Below are positions 1 to 8,620 of a DNA stretch of 32,000 bases, piece by piece. The stretch is from positions 330,001-362,000 of the forward strand of contig NZ_CP008796.1 of the NCBI RefSeq assembly GCF_000734015.1. Direction: 5' to 3'. The notes under the pieces were generated by a model. That model ran no database searches and was not told the origin of the DNA. It worked only from the letters and a program-made list of their open reading frames with translations. Both the position numbers and the translations under genes were made by a program. The first letter of the stretch is position 1. Each line of letters opens with the position of its first letter. Source of the stretch: Thermodesulfobacterium commune DSM 2178 (GTDB lineage Bacteria; Desulfobacterota; Thermodesulfobacteria; Thermodesulfobacteriales; Thermodesulfobacteriaceae).

Positions 1-312
1 ACCAAACAGACACCTAAAACAGTAATTTTTGACGAGGTAGACGTAGGTATAGGTGGGATTACCGCGAAAAAAGTAGGTGAAAAACTTAAAAAACTTTCGG
101 AAAATACGCAGGTAGTTTGTATTACCCATCTTCCTCAAATAGCAGCCATGGCAGATCATCATTTTTTAGTAGAAAAGTACTCAGATCTTGGAGAAACCAA
201 AGCGGTGGTTAGACCTCTTGAGAAAGAAGAAAGGCTTAAAGAGATCGCAAGAATGTTAGGTCATCCTGAAAACCTTGAGTTAGCTCAGCAGTTTTTAAGG
301 GAAAGTTCTTAG
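1..312 (+). CDS. recN: DNA repair protein RecN, C-terminal fragment (5' end lies outside the window)
   Basis: Frame 1 is open from base 1 to TAG at 310-312. My translation is TKQTPKTVIFDEVDVGIGGITAKKVGEKLKKLSENTQVVCITHLPQIAAMADHHFLVEKY...LAQQFLRESS. It contains an SMC/RecN-type Walker B (IFDEVD) and the ITHLPQIAA C-terminal signature. Confidence 0.85.
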   Translation, partial: TKQTPKTVIFDEVDVGIGGITAKKVGEKLKKLSENTQVVCITHLPQIAAMADHHFLVEKYSDLGETKAVVRPLEKEERLKEIARMLGHPENLELAQQFLRESS

Positions 313-1242
313 ATGGGAAAGGCTCTTTTGTTATTTTCAGACGGGCTTGACAGCCTTCTTGCTGGCCTTGTCTTGAAGACTCAAGGGATAAAGGTTATAC
401 CTGTTAAATTTATTACCCCTTTTTTTGGTTGGAAATACAAAAAAAATCCTGAGATTTTTTATCAAAAGAGTTTAGAGCTGGGGTTTGAAAAAGGATTGGT
501 TTTAGACATTACGGAAGAATATCTTCAGATTTTAAAAAAACCAAGATATGGGTATGGAGATTTTGCTAACCCTTGTTTAGACTGTAAAATTTTGATGGTT
601 AGACTTGCTAAAACCTTACTTTCTGAACTTGGGGCTGATTTTATAGCCACTGGAGAGGTAGTAGGACAAAGGCCTATGAGCCAGAATCGACAGGCCTTAG
701 AGACTATAGAAAGAGATGCAGAGGTAAAGGGAATACTGCTTAGACCTTTATCTGCTAAACTTTTGGAACCTACTATCCCTGAAAGGGAAGGTTTAGTAGA
801 CAGGGAAAAACTTTTAGACCTTCAAGGTAGACAAAGAAAACCACAGCTTGAGCTGGCTAAAAAATGGGGGATAAAGGAGATACCAACACCTGCTGGAGGG
901 TGTTTATTGACAGACCCTCAGATAGGCTCAAGGGTGTTGAAAGTTTTGAAAGAAAAAAGACTTCTCACCTATAAAACCGCTCAACTTCTTTGCTTGGGAA
1001 GACATTTTTTAGAGGAAAACCTTTGGGTTATCCTTGGTAGAAACCAAGAGGAAAATCAGACAATCCAGGAGATAGTCGAAAAAGAGTTTCCTCTTTATAT
1101 GCTTAGTCAAAGTTCTCCTGTTGCCTGTGTGGTTGAAGGAAATCCTCCTGTAGAGTTTATTAGAGAACTTCTATTAAAATATGCACCTAAAGCAAGAAAA
1201 AGGTTGGCTGAGGGAGAAGCCGTAGAATGTATAAAACTGTAG
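313..1242 (+). CDS. PP-loop (adenine nucleotide alpha-hydrolase) family protein, ThiI/MnmA-related sulfurtransferase-like, with no THUMP or rhodanese domain
   Basis: N-terminal PP-loop variant LLFSDGLDS. NPCLDCK and IATGEVVGQRPMSQ resemble the ThiI/MnmA core. Three Cys are present: C88 and C91 (a CxxC) and C197 (AGGCLLTD). The ATG directly abuts the recN stop. Confidence 0.65.
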   Translation: MGKALLLFSDGLDSLLAGLVLKTQGIKVIPVKFITPFFGWKYKKNPEIFYQKSLELGFEKGLVLDITEEYLQILKKPRYGYGDFANPCLDCKILMVRLAKTLLSELGADFIATGEVVGQRPMSQNRQALETIERDAEVKGILLRPLSAKLLEPTIPEREGLVDREKLLDLQGRQRKPQLELAKKWGIKEIPTPAGGCLLTDPQIGSRVLKVLKEKRLLTYKTAQLLCLGRHFLEENLWVILGRNQEENQTIQEIVEKEFPLYMLSQSSPVACVVEGNPPVEFIRELLLKYAPKARKRLAEGEAVECIKL

Positions 1243-2033
1243 TGCTACTTACGGATTTTGGTATCAAAGACCATTATGTAGGGGTAGTTAAGGGAAAAAT
1301 ATTACAAGAACTTAATAGAAAAGGAGTGAACATAACAAGTCTTCAGTTTATAGACCTTTGTCATGAAATACCACCTCAAGATGTAAAACAAGCATCCCTT
1401 ATGTTGTTTTTTTCTTATCGTTATTTTCCTGAAGGCACTGTTTTCCTCTGTGTGGTTGACCCAGGGGTAGGTACAGAAAGAAAGGCTTTAGTGGTTAAAA
1501 CCGATAAATATTTTTTTGTAGGGCCTGATAACGGGATTTTTTCATTAATCTATCAGACAGAAAAGTGTATTCCCTATGAGATAGAGGTTTCTAAAGTTTT
1601 ACGTCCTCCTTATAGCAAGACTTTTCATGGAAGAGATCTCTTTGCTCCGGTTGTATCTTTTTTGTTAGCAGAGGAACCGTTAGAGAGTTTTAGCCAAAAA
1701 ATCTCTATGGATACTTTAGTTAAGCTTGAGTTTAAACCTCCTCAAAAAACCGAAAAGGGATTAAAATTAGCTATTTGGTATGTGGATCGGTTTGGCAACT
1801 TGATTACTAACCTTAGTCAAGAGCTACTTAAGGCAAAGAACAAGCCTTTTAAAATTTTGGTTAACCATCGGGAAGTTCCTTTGGTCGAGACCTATGGTGG
1901 GGCCAAGAAAGGGGAGTTGGTAGCTTTGTTTGGGAGTGAAGGATTGTTGGAAATAGCTATAAATCAAGGGTCAGCAAAAGAGGTTTTAGGGGAACCTGAA
2001 ATAGAAATTATTTTTGAAAACGAGGGAGTTTAA
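1227..2033 (+). CDS. S-adenosyl-L-methionine hydroxide adenosyltransferase (SAM hydrolase, DUF62 / fluorinase-chlorinase family)
   Basis: The N-terminus VVLLTDFGIKDHYVGVVKGKI, plus VVDPGVGTER, GPDNG, FHGRDLFAPV and VDRFGNLITN, are hallmark DUF62 motifs. GGAGAAG SD. Overlaps the upstream gene by 16 nt. Confidence 0.85.
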   Translation: MYKTVVLLTDFGIKDHYVGVVKGKILQELNRKGVNITSLQFIDLCHEIPPQDVKQASLMLFFSYRYFPEGTVFLCVVDPGVGTERKALVVKTDKYFFVGPDNGIFSLIYQTEKCIPYEIEVSKVLRPPYSKTFHGRDLFAPVVSFLLAEEPLESFSQKISMDTLVKLEFKPPQKTEKGLKLAIWYVDRFGNLITNLSQELLKAKNKPFKILVNHREVPLVETYGGAKKGELVALFGSEGLLEIAINQGSAKEVLGEPEIEIIFENEGV

Positions 2034-2035
2034 TT

Positions 2036-3445
2036 ATGAAGGTGTATTTTATAGGAATTGGTGGTATAGGGATGTGTGGAGTAGCTGGACTTTTAAAACA
2101 GTCTGGGTATGAAGTTTTTGGTTCAGAAAAAGGAGAAATTTATCCTCCTGCTTCAGACATTTTAAAAAATTTAGGAATAAAGGTTCTACCTTTTGATCCA
2201 GAAAACATAGTTAAAATAAAACCTGACTGTGTGATCGTAGGAAATTCGGTAAAGGCTAACCATCCAGAGCTTTTGAAAGCCCAGAAGTTAAACCTTCCGT
2301 TGTACTCTTTCCCTCAATTTCTCGAAAAGAATTGGTTTAATGGGAAAAAAGTATTGGTGTGTGCAGGAACCCATGGGAAATCAACCACCACCGCGCTTCT
2401 AAGTTATTTAATGAAAAGAGGTGGCTATTCTCCTTCTTTTTTGGTAGGAGGGGTGTTGAGGGATGAAGAGAAAAATTTCGGTTATGGTGAAGGGGAATGG
2501 ATGGTGATAGAAGGAGATGAATATCCCTCTGCCTCTTTTGATAGAGTGCCTAAGTTTTTTCATTATAAGCCCTATGCAGTTATTTTGACAAGCTTAGAAT
2601 ATGACCATGCAGACGTATATTCTAATCTGGAGGCTTTAAAAAAGGTTTTTATAGATATGATAGAGCTTTTACCTGAAGATGGTTTGTTGGTGTATAACGG
2701 GGATGATATAAACCTTAATGAGGTTGTTAGCAAAGCAAACCTTAAAGCTAAAGCCGTCAGTTATGGGAAAGGAGAGGCAAATGATTTTAGGTTGCTTAAA
2801 GTTGATAGTTTTTTAGATAATCAAGGGTTTATGTCTATTTTTGAGTTTAGTCAGGCTTATAAAAAAGAGGCTTTTCAAGTAAGCTTGGTAGGAGAATATA
2901 ACGTGTTAAACACCTTAGGGGTGATAGCCTTGCTAAAAGGGTTAGACCTTTTTAACGAGGACATAGAAGAGGGATTAAAAACCTTCCCAGGGATAAAAAG
3001 AAGACAAGAGATAATCTATAGGGATAAAGACCTTGTGGTAGTAGATGATTTTGCTCATCATCCTACAGCTGTAAGATTAACTGTAGGTGAGCTTAAAAAA
3101 GCGATAAAGCCTGAGCTTACTGTAATATTTTTTGAACCCAGGACCAACTCAAGTAAGCGCAAAATTTTTCAACAGGACTATGTAGAAAGTTTAAGTATAG
3201 CAGATGTAGTTTACCTTAAAACACCTGCAGGTATAGAAACCGTTCCTCCAGAGGATAGAATAGACCTTGATAGGATGGTAGAAGAGATTAAACTTAAAAA
3301 TAAAAGGGCTTTTAAGCTTACTGAGGAGTTTTTCTCCCACCCACGGTTTGAATGGCTAAACCATCCTGGAAAAAAGTTGGTAATATTCATGTCAAGTGCT
3401 TACATGGGAAGGGAAATAAAAAGTTTGTTAACCCAACTCTCTTGA
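2036..3445 (+). CDS. mpl: UDP-N-acetylmuramate:L-alanyl-gamma-D-glutamyl-meso-diaminopimelate ligase (Mur ligase family, Mpl-type)
   Basis: MKVYFIGIGGIGMCGVAGLLKQSGYEVFGSE...IYPPASDIL resembles the Mpl N-terminus. GTHGKSTTT P-loop, and DDFAHHPTA in the C-terminal Mur ligase domain. GAGGGAG SD. MurC cannot be fully excluded without a search. Confidence 0.75.
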   Translation: MKVYFIGIGGIGMCGVAGLLKQSGYEVFGSEKGEIYPPASDILKNLGIKVLPFDPENIVKIKPDCVIVGNSVKANHPELLKAQKLNLPLYSFPQFLEKNWFNGKKVLVCAGTHGKSTTTALLSYLMKRGGYSPSFLVGGVLRDEEKNFGYGEGEWMVIEGDEYPSASFDRVPKFFHYKPYAVILTSLEYDHADVYSNLEALKKVFIDMIELLPEDGLLVYNGDDINLNEVVSKANLKAKAVSYGKGEANDFRLLKVDSFLDNQGFMSIFEFSQAYKKEAFQVSLVGEYNVLNTLGVIALLKGLDLFNEDIEEGLKTFPGIKRRQEIIYRDKDLVVVDDFAHHPTAVRLTVGELKKAIKPELTVIFFEPRTNSSKRKIFQQDYVESLSIADVVYLKTPAGIETVPPEDRIDLDRMVEEIKLKNKRAFKLTEEFFSHPRFEWLNHPGKKLVIFMSSAYMGREIKSLLTQLS

Positions 3446-4482
3446 TGGAATTAACAGAGGCTACCATACTTTTTACCAAAGATAGTATCGAAAAAATTAG
3501 ACATCCTACCGTTGTGTCTGAATGTGAGAGAGTAGATTTTGAGTTTAAGCACAAAGTAGTTTATTACAATTCAAGATTTCTAAAAGAATTTATCTATCTT
3601 CTTAAAGATGACGAAATAGTCTTTTTAGAAGAACTTTTTGGTCCGGTTTTTGACACGTTTGGGTTGACTTTTTTTACTTTTGAAAATAACTTTTATTACC
3701 TGTTCAACCTACCTATCAATCCTAACTATACGATACACGTGTTTATTCAGGAAAAAGACTGGTTTAGGTTTCCATACTGGATTAATACTGAGAGGCTTGC
3801 CAGTTTAGGAAAGATGGCAGGAGAGATTTCTCATGAGCTTAAGAATCCTTTAAGTGGTATTCTTTTGTATGCCAGTATGTTAAAAGAGGAAATAGGAGAG
3901 GTTCCTACTTATCAAACATGGATCGATAGGATTATTAATCTGACCGAACGATGTAGAAACATTATCAACGGACTTTTAGCTTTTGGTAGGCCAGAGGAAG
4001 AAAAGAGAGAATGGGTAGACTTAAACCTTAGTGTTAAAAAAGTGTATGAACTACTTTCTGAGTATCCTATGTTTAAAAACGTAACTTTTACGTTTAAACT
4101 ACAAAAAAACCTACCTAAGGTATATGTTAGTCAAAAGCAGATAGAACAGGTGTTTTTTAATCTTTTTATCAACGCAGCCCAGGCGATGAAAGGAAAGGGA
4201 GAAATTATTGTAGAAACCTCTGTCAAATATGATACGGTTATCATAAAGGTAAAAGACACCGGTCCAGGTATACCTCCAGAAATTATGCCTTTTATTTTTG
4301 ATCCCTTTTTTACTACTAAAGAAAAAGGTGAGGCTACAGGTCTAGGCCTTTCTATTTGTTATGGTATCATTAAAAATCATGGAGGTAGGATCAATGTTTA
4401 TAACCTGAAAGAAGGAGGGGCTTGTTTTGAGATCCTTTTTCCCTTACCAACCAGGGAGACCTTGAGAGAAGATGCGATATAA
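3445..4482 (+). CDS. Cytoplasmic sensor histidine kinase (HisKA + HATPase_c) with an unrecognised N-terminal sensor region of about 130 aa
   Basis: H-box [15 protein letters not shown] boxes [19 protein letters not shown] and [17 protein letters not shown] place the start at the ATG in TGATG, overlapping the mpl stop, rather than at the 3352 ATG, which would overlap mpl by 94 nt. No TM segment is evident. Confidence 0.8.
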   Translation: MELTEATILFTKDSIEKIRHPTVVSECERVDFEFKHKVVYYNSRFLKEFIYLLKDDEIVFLEELFGPVFDTFGLTFFTFENNFYYLFNLPINPNYTIHVFIQEKDWFRFPYWINTERLASLGKMAGEISHELKNPLSGILLYASMLKEEIGEVPTYQTWIDRIINLTERCRNIINGLLAFGRPEEEKREWVDLNLSVKKVYELLSEYPMFKNVTFTFKLQKNLPKVYVSQKQIEQVFFNLFINAAQAMKGKGEIIVETSVKYDTVIIKVKDTGPGIPPEIMPFIFDPFFTTKEKGEATGLGLSICYGIIKNHGGRINVYNLKEGGACFEILFPLPTRETLREDAI

Positions 4483-5869
4483 AGGAAGGATTTTAGTGGT
4501 AGACGATGAAATAGATATAAGAGAAGGATTGTCTATCTTTTTTCAAAAAGAAGGTTATCAGGTAGATAACGCTGAAAATAAGAAAGAAGCTCTGGAACAT
4601 TTTTCTAAGAAAGAATACGATGTAGTTTTTTTGGACCTAAAACTTCCCGATGGAAATGGTTTGGACCTTTTAAAAGAGTTTTTAGAGATAAACTATGAAA
4701 GCCAGATTATCGTTATTTCTGCCTATGGTAACATAGAGACAGCTGTTTCTGCTATCAAGATGGGGGCTTTTGATTTTTTAGAAAAGCCCTTTTCAGTCTA
4801 TCAGGCTAAGGTAGCGGTTGAAAAAGCTATAGAGAAAAAAAAGCTTCTCTTAGAAAACCTTTATCTTAAACTAAGCCTGAAAGAAAAAGAAGAAAAGATA
4901 AACTTTGTAGGAGAAGACCCAAAGATAAAACAAATTCTTGAAAAGGCTAAAATCATCGCTTCTACCGACTGCACCGTTCTTATTACTGGTGAGTCAGGTA
5001 CAGGTAAAGGGCTTTTAGCCAAAAAAATTCACGAAATGGATTTAGTTTATAAGGGCCCTTTTGTATGCGTAGACTGCGGGGCGGTAGTGCCAACTCTTTT
5101 TGAAAGTGAGCTTTTTGGACATGCTAAAGGCGCTTTTACCGGAGCTCAGCAAGCTAAGATAGGAAAAATAGAGTTTGCTCAAGGTGGAGTGCTTTTTCTT
5201 GACGAAATAGCCAATATTCCTTTAGACCTTCAAGCCAAACTTCTAAAAGTGGTAGAGGAAAAGGAATTTTCTCCTGTAGGTAGTTTAAAGGTGATAAAAG
5301 CCAACGTAAGAATCATAGCCGCAACCAACAAAGACCTAAAAGAAGAGGTTAAAAAGGGAACTTTTAGAGAAGACCTTTACTATCGTTTAAACGTGGTAAA
5401 CCTTCACTTGCCTCCTTTAAGGGAACGAAAAGGAGATATATTACTTTTGGCTAACTATTTCTTAAAATACTTTTGTGAAAAATATAAAAAGCCTATGAAA
5501 ATTTTCTCTCCTAAAGTTTTATCGCTTTTTATGGATTATCACTGGCCAGGAAACATAAGGGAACTTAAAAACTTAATAGAAAGATTGGTTATTTTTTCTA
5601 CCAAAGAGGAAATCACAGAAAAAGATTTGCTTTTAGCAGAATTTGAGCCTCTGGTTAAAGAAAAAAGGACAGAAGAATTAACAAAAGAATTGGTTACTTC
5701 AAATGGGGAAGAGATCGTTCCTGTAGAAGAGATAGAAAAGCAGTATATAATTAAAGTTCTTAAGCAGCTTAACTGGAACAAAAGTTTAGCCGCTAAAAAA
5801 TTAGGGATAGACAGAAAAACCCTAACCCTTAAGCTTAAAAAATGGGGATATGATAAACAACTGTTTTAG
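4472..5869 (+). CDS. Sigma-54-dependent response regulator (REC - AAA+ - Fis-type HTH; NtrC/AtoC family)
   Basis: REC domain ILVVDDE...FLDLKLPDGNG. Walker A GESGTGKG. GAFTGA sigma-54 contact loop. LFLDEI Walker B. C-terminal HTH NWNKSLAAKKLGIDRKTL. Overlaps the kinase gene by 11 nt. Confidence 0.9.
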   Translation: MRYKGRILVVDDEIDIREGLSIFFQKEGYQVDNAENKKEALEHFSKKEYDVVFLDLKLPDGNGLDLLKEFLEINYESQIIVISAYGNIETAVSAIKMGAFDFLEKPFSVYQAKVAVEKAIEKKKLLLENLYLKLSLKEKEEKINFVGEDPKIKQILEKAKIIASTDCTVLITGESGTGKGLLAKKIHEMDLVYKGPFVCVDCGAVVPTLFESELFGHAKGAFTGAQQAKIGKIEFAQGGVLFLDEIANIPLDLQAKLLKVVEEKEFSPVGSLKVIKANVRIIAATNKDLKEEVKKGTFREDLYYRLNVVNLHLPPLRERKGDILLLANYFLKYFCEKYKKPMKIFSPKVLSLFMDYHWPGNIRELKNLIERLVIFSTKEEITEKDLLLAEFEPLVKEKRTEELTKELVTSNGEEIVPVEEIEKQYIIKVLKQLNWNKSLAAKKLGIDRKTLTLKLKKWGYDKQLF

Positions 5870-5966
5870 GTCATTGGTTATGTGAAATATTTCTCTTAAC
5901 CTTAAAAATATTTATTTTTAAACTATTTTAGTTATTATTTAAATTTTTAAAATAGGGAGGAGATTT

Positions 5967-6737
5967 ATGGAGCTTGAGATTCAGAGAGCTATTGTAAAGT
6001 ATGGAATGGAGGACCTTTACGAGTACAGTGAGGTAGACACACTAATAGTAGGAGCAGGGCCTTCAGGTCTTACTTGTGCTAAATATTTAGCTGAAAAGGG
6101 CTACAAGGTAGCGGTTTATGAAAAAAGGTTGTCTTTTGGTGGTGGGATTGGTGGTGGAGGTAACATGATACCTAAGATTGTGGTTCAGGAAGAAGTATTA
6201 CCTATAGTAGAAGATTTTAAAATAAAGTATCAAAAGGCAGATAAAGGATTATATGTAGTTGATCCTCCAGAACTTATAGCTAAACTGGCTACAGGAGCTT
6301 TAGATGCAGGCGCCAAATTTTTTCTTGGGGTTTATGTAGAAGATGTAATCGTTAGAGATAATCCACCTAAGGTTTGTGGGGTTTTATGGAAATGGACTGC
6401 TATAGAGATGGCAGGATTGCATGTAGACCCACTTTTTACTTCTTCAAAAGCTTTGGTTGACGCCTCTGGTCATGGGGCAGAAATAGTCCAGATCGCTGCT
6501 GAGAAAAATCCAGATTTAAACATTTTTATCAAAGGAGAAAGGTCAAACTGGAGCGAAGTCTCTGAAAGATTGGTGGTAGAACATACAGGTAAGGTGGCAG
6601 AGGGTCTATATGTTACAGGGATTGCTGTTTGTGAAATTTTTGGTTTACCAAGGATGGGACCGATTTTTGGCGGTATGCTTATGAGTGGTAAAAAAATTGC
6701 AGAGGTTATAGCAGCTGACCTCTCTAAAAAAACATAA
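5967..6737 (+). CDS. thi4: Thiazole synthase Thi4 family (archaeal/eukaryotic-type thiamine thiazole synthase)
   Basis: FAD/NAD-type dinucleotide fold VDTLIVGAGPSGLTCAKYLAEKGYKVAVYEK. Gly-rich FGGGIGGGGNM. VDASGHGAEIV loop. PRMGPIFGGMLMSGKK C-terminus. Strong GGGAGGAG SD. Confidence 0.8.
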   Translation: MELEIQRAIVKYGMEDLYEYSEVDTLIVGAGPSGLTCAKYLAEKGYKVAVYEKRLSFGGGIGGGGNMIPKIVVQEEVLPIVEDFKIKYQKADKGLYVVDPPELIAKLATGALDAGAKFFLGVYVEDVIVRDNPPKVCGVLWKWTAIEMAGLHVDPLFTSSKALVDASGHGAEIVQIAAEKNPDLNIFIKGERSNWSEVSERLVVEHTGKVAEGLYVTGIAVCEIFGLPRMGPIFGGMLMSGKKIAEVIAADLSKKT

Positions 6738-6780
6738 AATTTCAAGGAGATACAAATACAAAATATACGATAAATATACA

Positions 6781-6809
6781 TAGGGGGTTCGATGCCCCCT
6801 AAGTTTTTA
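6781..6809. terminator. Bidirectional intrinsic terminator hairpin between convergent thi4 and uvrC
   Basis: TAGGGGG (6781-6787) pairs with CCCCCTA (6795-6801) around a 7-nt loop (ttcgatg). It is followed by a T-run (agttttta) on the + strand and by A/T-rich sequence on the - strand. Confidence 0.7.
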
Positions 6810-8612
6810 TCAATCTGATTGTTGTGTTAAGCTTTCTTTTAAGGTTTTAGCTATTTTTAGGTTAAACCCAGGAAGTTTGGCGATTTTTTCTAAATGAGCT
6901 TGTCTTAAGTCTTCTAAACTTTTAAAATTCGAAAGGAGAATTTCTTTACGTTTAGGTCCTATCCCTTTGATTTTATCTAAATAGCCTGATAAATCTTGTT
7001 CTCGTTTTTTCTTTTCAGCAAAGGTTTGGGCAAACCTGTGGGCTTCTTCCATTACCCTTCCGATAAAATGAAAAACCTCTTTATACTTAGGTAAAAACAC
7101 AGGATTTTTCCTCCCCGGGATATAAACTTTTTCTGGTTGTCTCTTTTTGTTTTTAGCTACAGCTCTTACTTCTAAGTCTGTTATGTTAAGGTCTTCGAGC
7201 ACCCTTAAAGCAGTTTCTAAGTGGCCTTTTCCTCCATCTATCAAAAATAGGTCTGGTAGAGTCCCTTCTTCTAACCCTCGTTTTAATCTTCTGTATAAAA
7301 CTTCATAAAGCATTGAATAGTCATCTCTACCGGCTTCTTTGATATTATACCTTCGATAAAAACTTTTATCTGGCTCTCCTTCAAAAAAACATACGGTTGC
7401 CCCAACTTTAGCTTCTCCGTAAAATTGGGAAAGGTCGATGGCTTCTATTCGTTGAGGTTCCTTAAAAAGCTTTAGAACTTTTTTAACTTCTTCTGAAAGG
7501 CCTGCATACCATGGTTTCTCTCTTCTTTTTTCTGAAAGGATATATTCCTGCAAATTTTTAAAGGCAATTTGCTTTAAGACAACAAATTCTTCTGAATCAG
7601 GATGTATTAACAGTTTTATCTTATATCCTGCATTTTCTGTTAAGATTTCTTCTAAGCTTTCTATTTCCTCTATTTCTTGTGGGAGATAAATTTCTGGAGG
7701 GATAATCTTTCCGTCAAGATAAAACTGGAGTAAAACTTCTTTTAAGGCTGAACCTTCAAGAGGGGTTTTAACATCAAAGGTCTGAAACCCATATAGATAA
7801 CCATGTCTGATAAAAAGGACGATAAAGTATTCTTTGTTTTCTGTTTTTTGGTTTAACCAAAAGTCTAAGTCTACAGGTTCTTGCAAGACAACAGCTTGCT
7901 TTTCCAAAATGTTTTCAAGGTCTTTTAATCTATCTCTTAAAAAGGCTGCTCTTTCAAATTCTAAGTTTTCGGCAAGTCTTTCTATTTCTTCCCGTATCTT
8001 TATAGCTAGCTTTTTCCCTCCCCCTTGAAAGAATTCTATCACTCCGTTTACTAATTTTTGATATTCTTCCCTAGAAATAGGTTTAACACAAGGAGCCAAA
8101 CATTTTTTGATTTGATAGTACACACAGGGAGTTTTTCTCCTTTTCATTTCTGAGAGACTGCATTTTCTTAGGGGAAAGATATTAGAAAGAAGCTTTAATA
8201 CCTCTCTTAGCCCACGAGTAGAGGTAAAGGGTCCAAAATACAGGGCTTTATCTCCCTTTTTTCTCCTCCGAACAATCTGTAAAGAGGGATATTCTTCTTG
8301 TAAACCCAACCTTAAAAGAGGATAATTTTTATCATCCTTTAAAAGGACGTTATATTTAGGGCGGTATTTTTTGATAAAATTAGCTTCAAGTAAAAGAGCT
8401 TCTTTTTCTGTTTGAGTAAGGAAATATTCTAAATTTTCGGCAGTTTCTACTAACCGTTGAATTTTAGGAGAAAGAAGAGGCCCTTTTACGTAGTAAAATA
8501 ACCTGTTTTTTAGGTTTTTAGCTTTTCCTACGTAAAGGACCTCTCCTTTTTCACCTTTAAAAAGATAGACCCCTGGAGATTCCGGGATTTCTTTCAGGTT
8601 TATCTTTAGCAT
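6810..8612 (-). CDS. uvrC: Excinuclease ABC subunit C
   Basis: GIY-YIG N-terminus PGVYLFKGEKGEVLYVGKAKNLKNRL. UvrB-interaction and RNase H-like endonuclease regions. C-terminal (HhH)2 IKGIGPKRKEILL. At 600 aa it is typical UvrC length. Confidence 0.95.
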   Translation of the reverse strand: MLKINLKEIPESPGVYLFKGEKGEVLYVGKAKNLKNRLFYYVKGPLLSPKIQRLVETAENLEYFLTQTEKEALLLEANFIKKYRPKYNVLLKDDKNYPLLRLGLQEEYPSLQIVRRRKKGDKALYFGPFTSTRGLREVLKLLSNIFPLRKCSLSEMKRRKTPCVYYQIKKCLAPCVKPISREEYQKLVNGVIEFFQGGGKKLAIKIREEIERLAENLEFERAAFLRDRLKDLENILEKQAVVLQEPVDLDFWLNQKTENKEYFIVLFIRHGYLYGFQTFDVKTPLEGSALKEVLLQFYLDGKIIPPEIYLPQEIEEIESLEEILTENAGYKIKLLIHPDSEEFVVLKQIAFKNLQEYILSEKRREKPWYAGLSEEVKKVLKLFKEPQRIEAIDLSQFYGEAKVGATVCFFEGEPDKSFYRRYNIKEAGRDDYSMLYEVLYRRLKRGLEEGTLPDLFLIDGGKGHLETALRVLEDLNITDLEVRAVAKNKKRQPEKVYIPGRKNPVFLPKYKEVFHFIGRVMEEAHRFAQTFAEKKKREQDLSGYLDKIKGIGPKRKEILLSNFKSLEDLRQAHLEKIAKLPGFNLKIAKTLKESLTQQSD

Positions 8613-8620
8613 TTTTCATG

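Noticed and set aside
3352-3444. Upstream ATG (3352) offered by the ORF track as the histidine kinase start (MAKPSWKKVGNIHVKCLHGKGNKK...)
   Set aside because: It would overlap the mpl coding region by 94 nt in another frame, and the extra residues look like out-of-frame translation of the mpl C-terminus. The ATG at 3445, in a TGATG stop-start junction, is the more plausible start.
5870-5900. Sigma-54 promoter downstream of the sigma-54 activator gene (ttggttatgtgaaat)
   Set aside because: The GG is not followed by GC at the required 10-nt spacing. No TGGCAC-N5-TTGC-like element was found here or in the other intergenic gaps (16724-16937, 20638-20732, 24608-24675, 26870-26916).
5939-5956. Additional AT palindromes and direct repeats in the thi4 leader (ATTTAAAT, tttttaaaat)
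   Set aside because: They are very short and made only of A/T in an A/T-saturated region, so they are expected by chance. Only the longer 8+8 dyad at 5902-5921 was kept, and that at low weight.
5870-5966. Possible TPP (THI-box) riboswitch upstream of thi4
   Set aside because: The leader is almost pure A/T. It lacks the conserved CUGAGA and the GC-rich pyrimidine-sensor helix elements, so no plausible THI-box fold can be drawn by eye.
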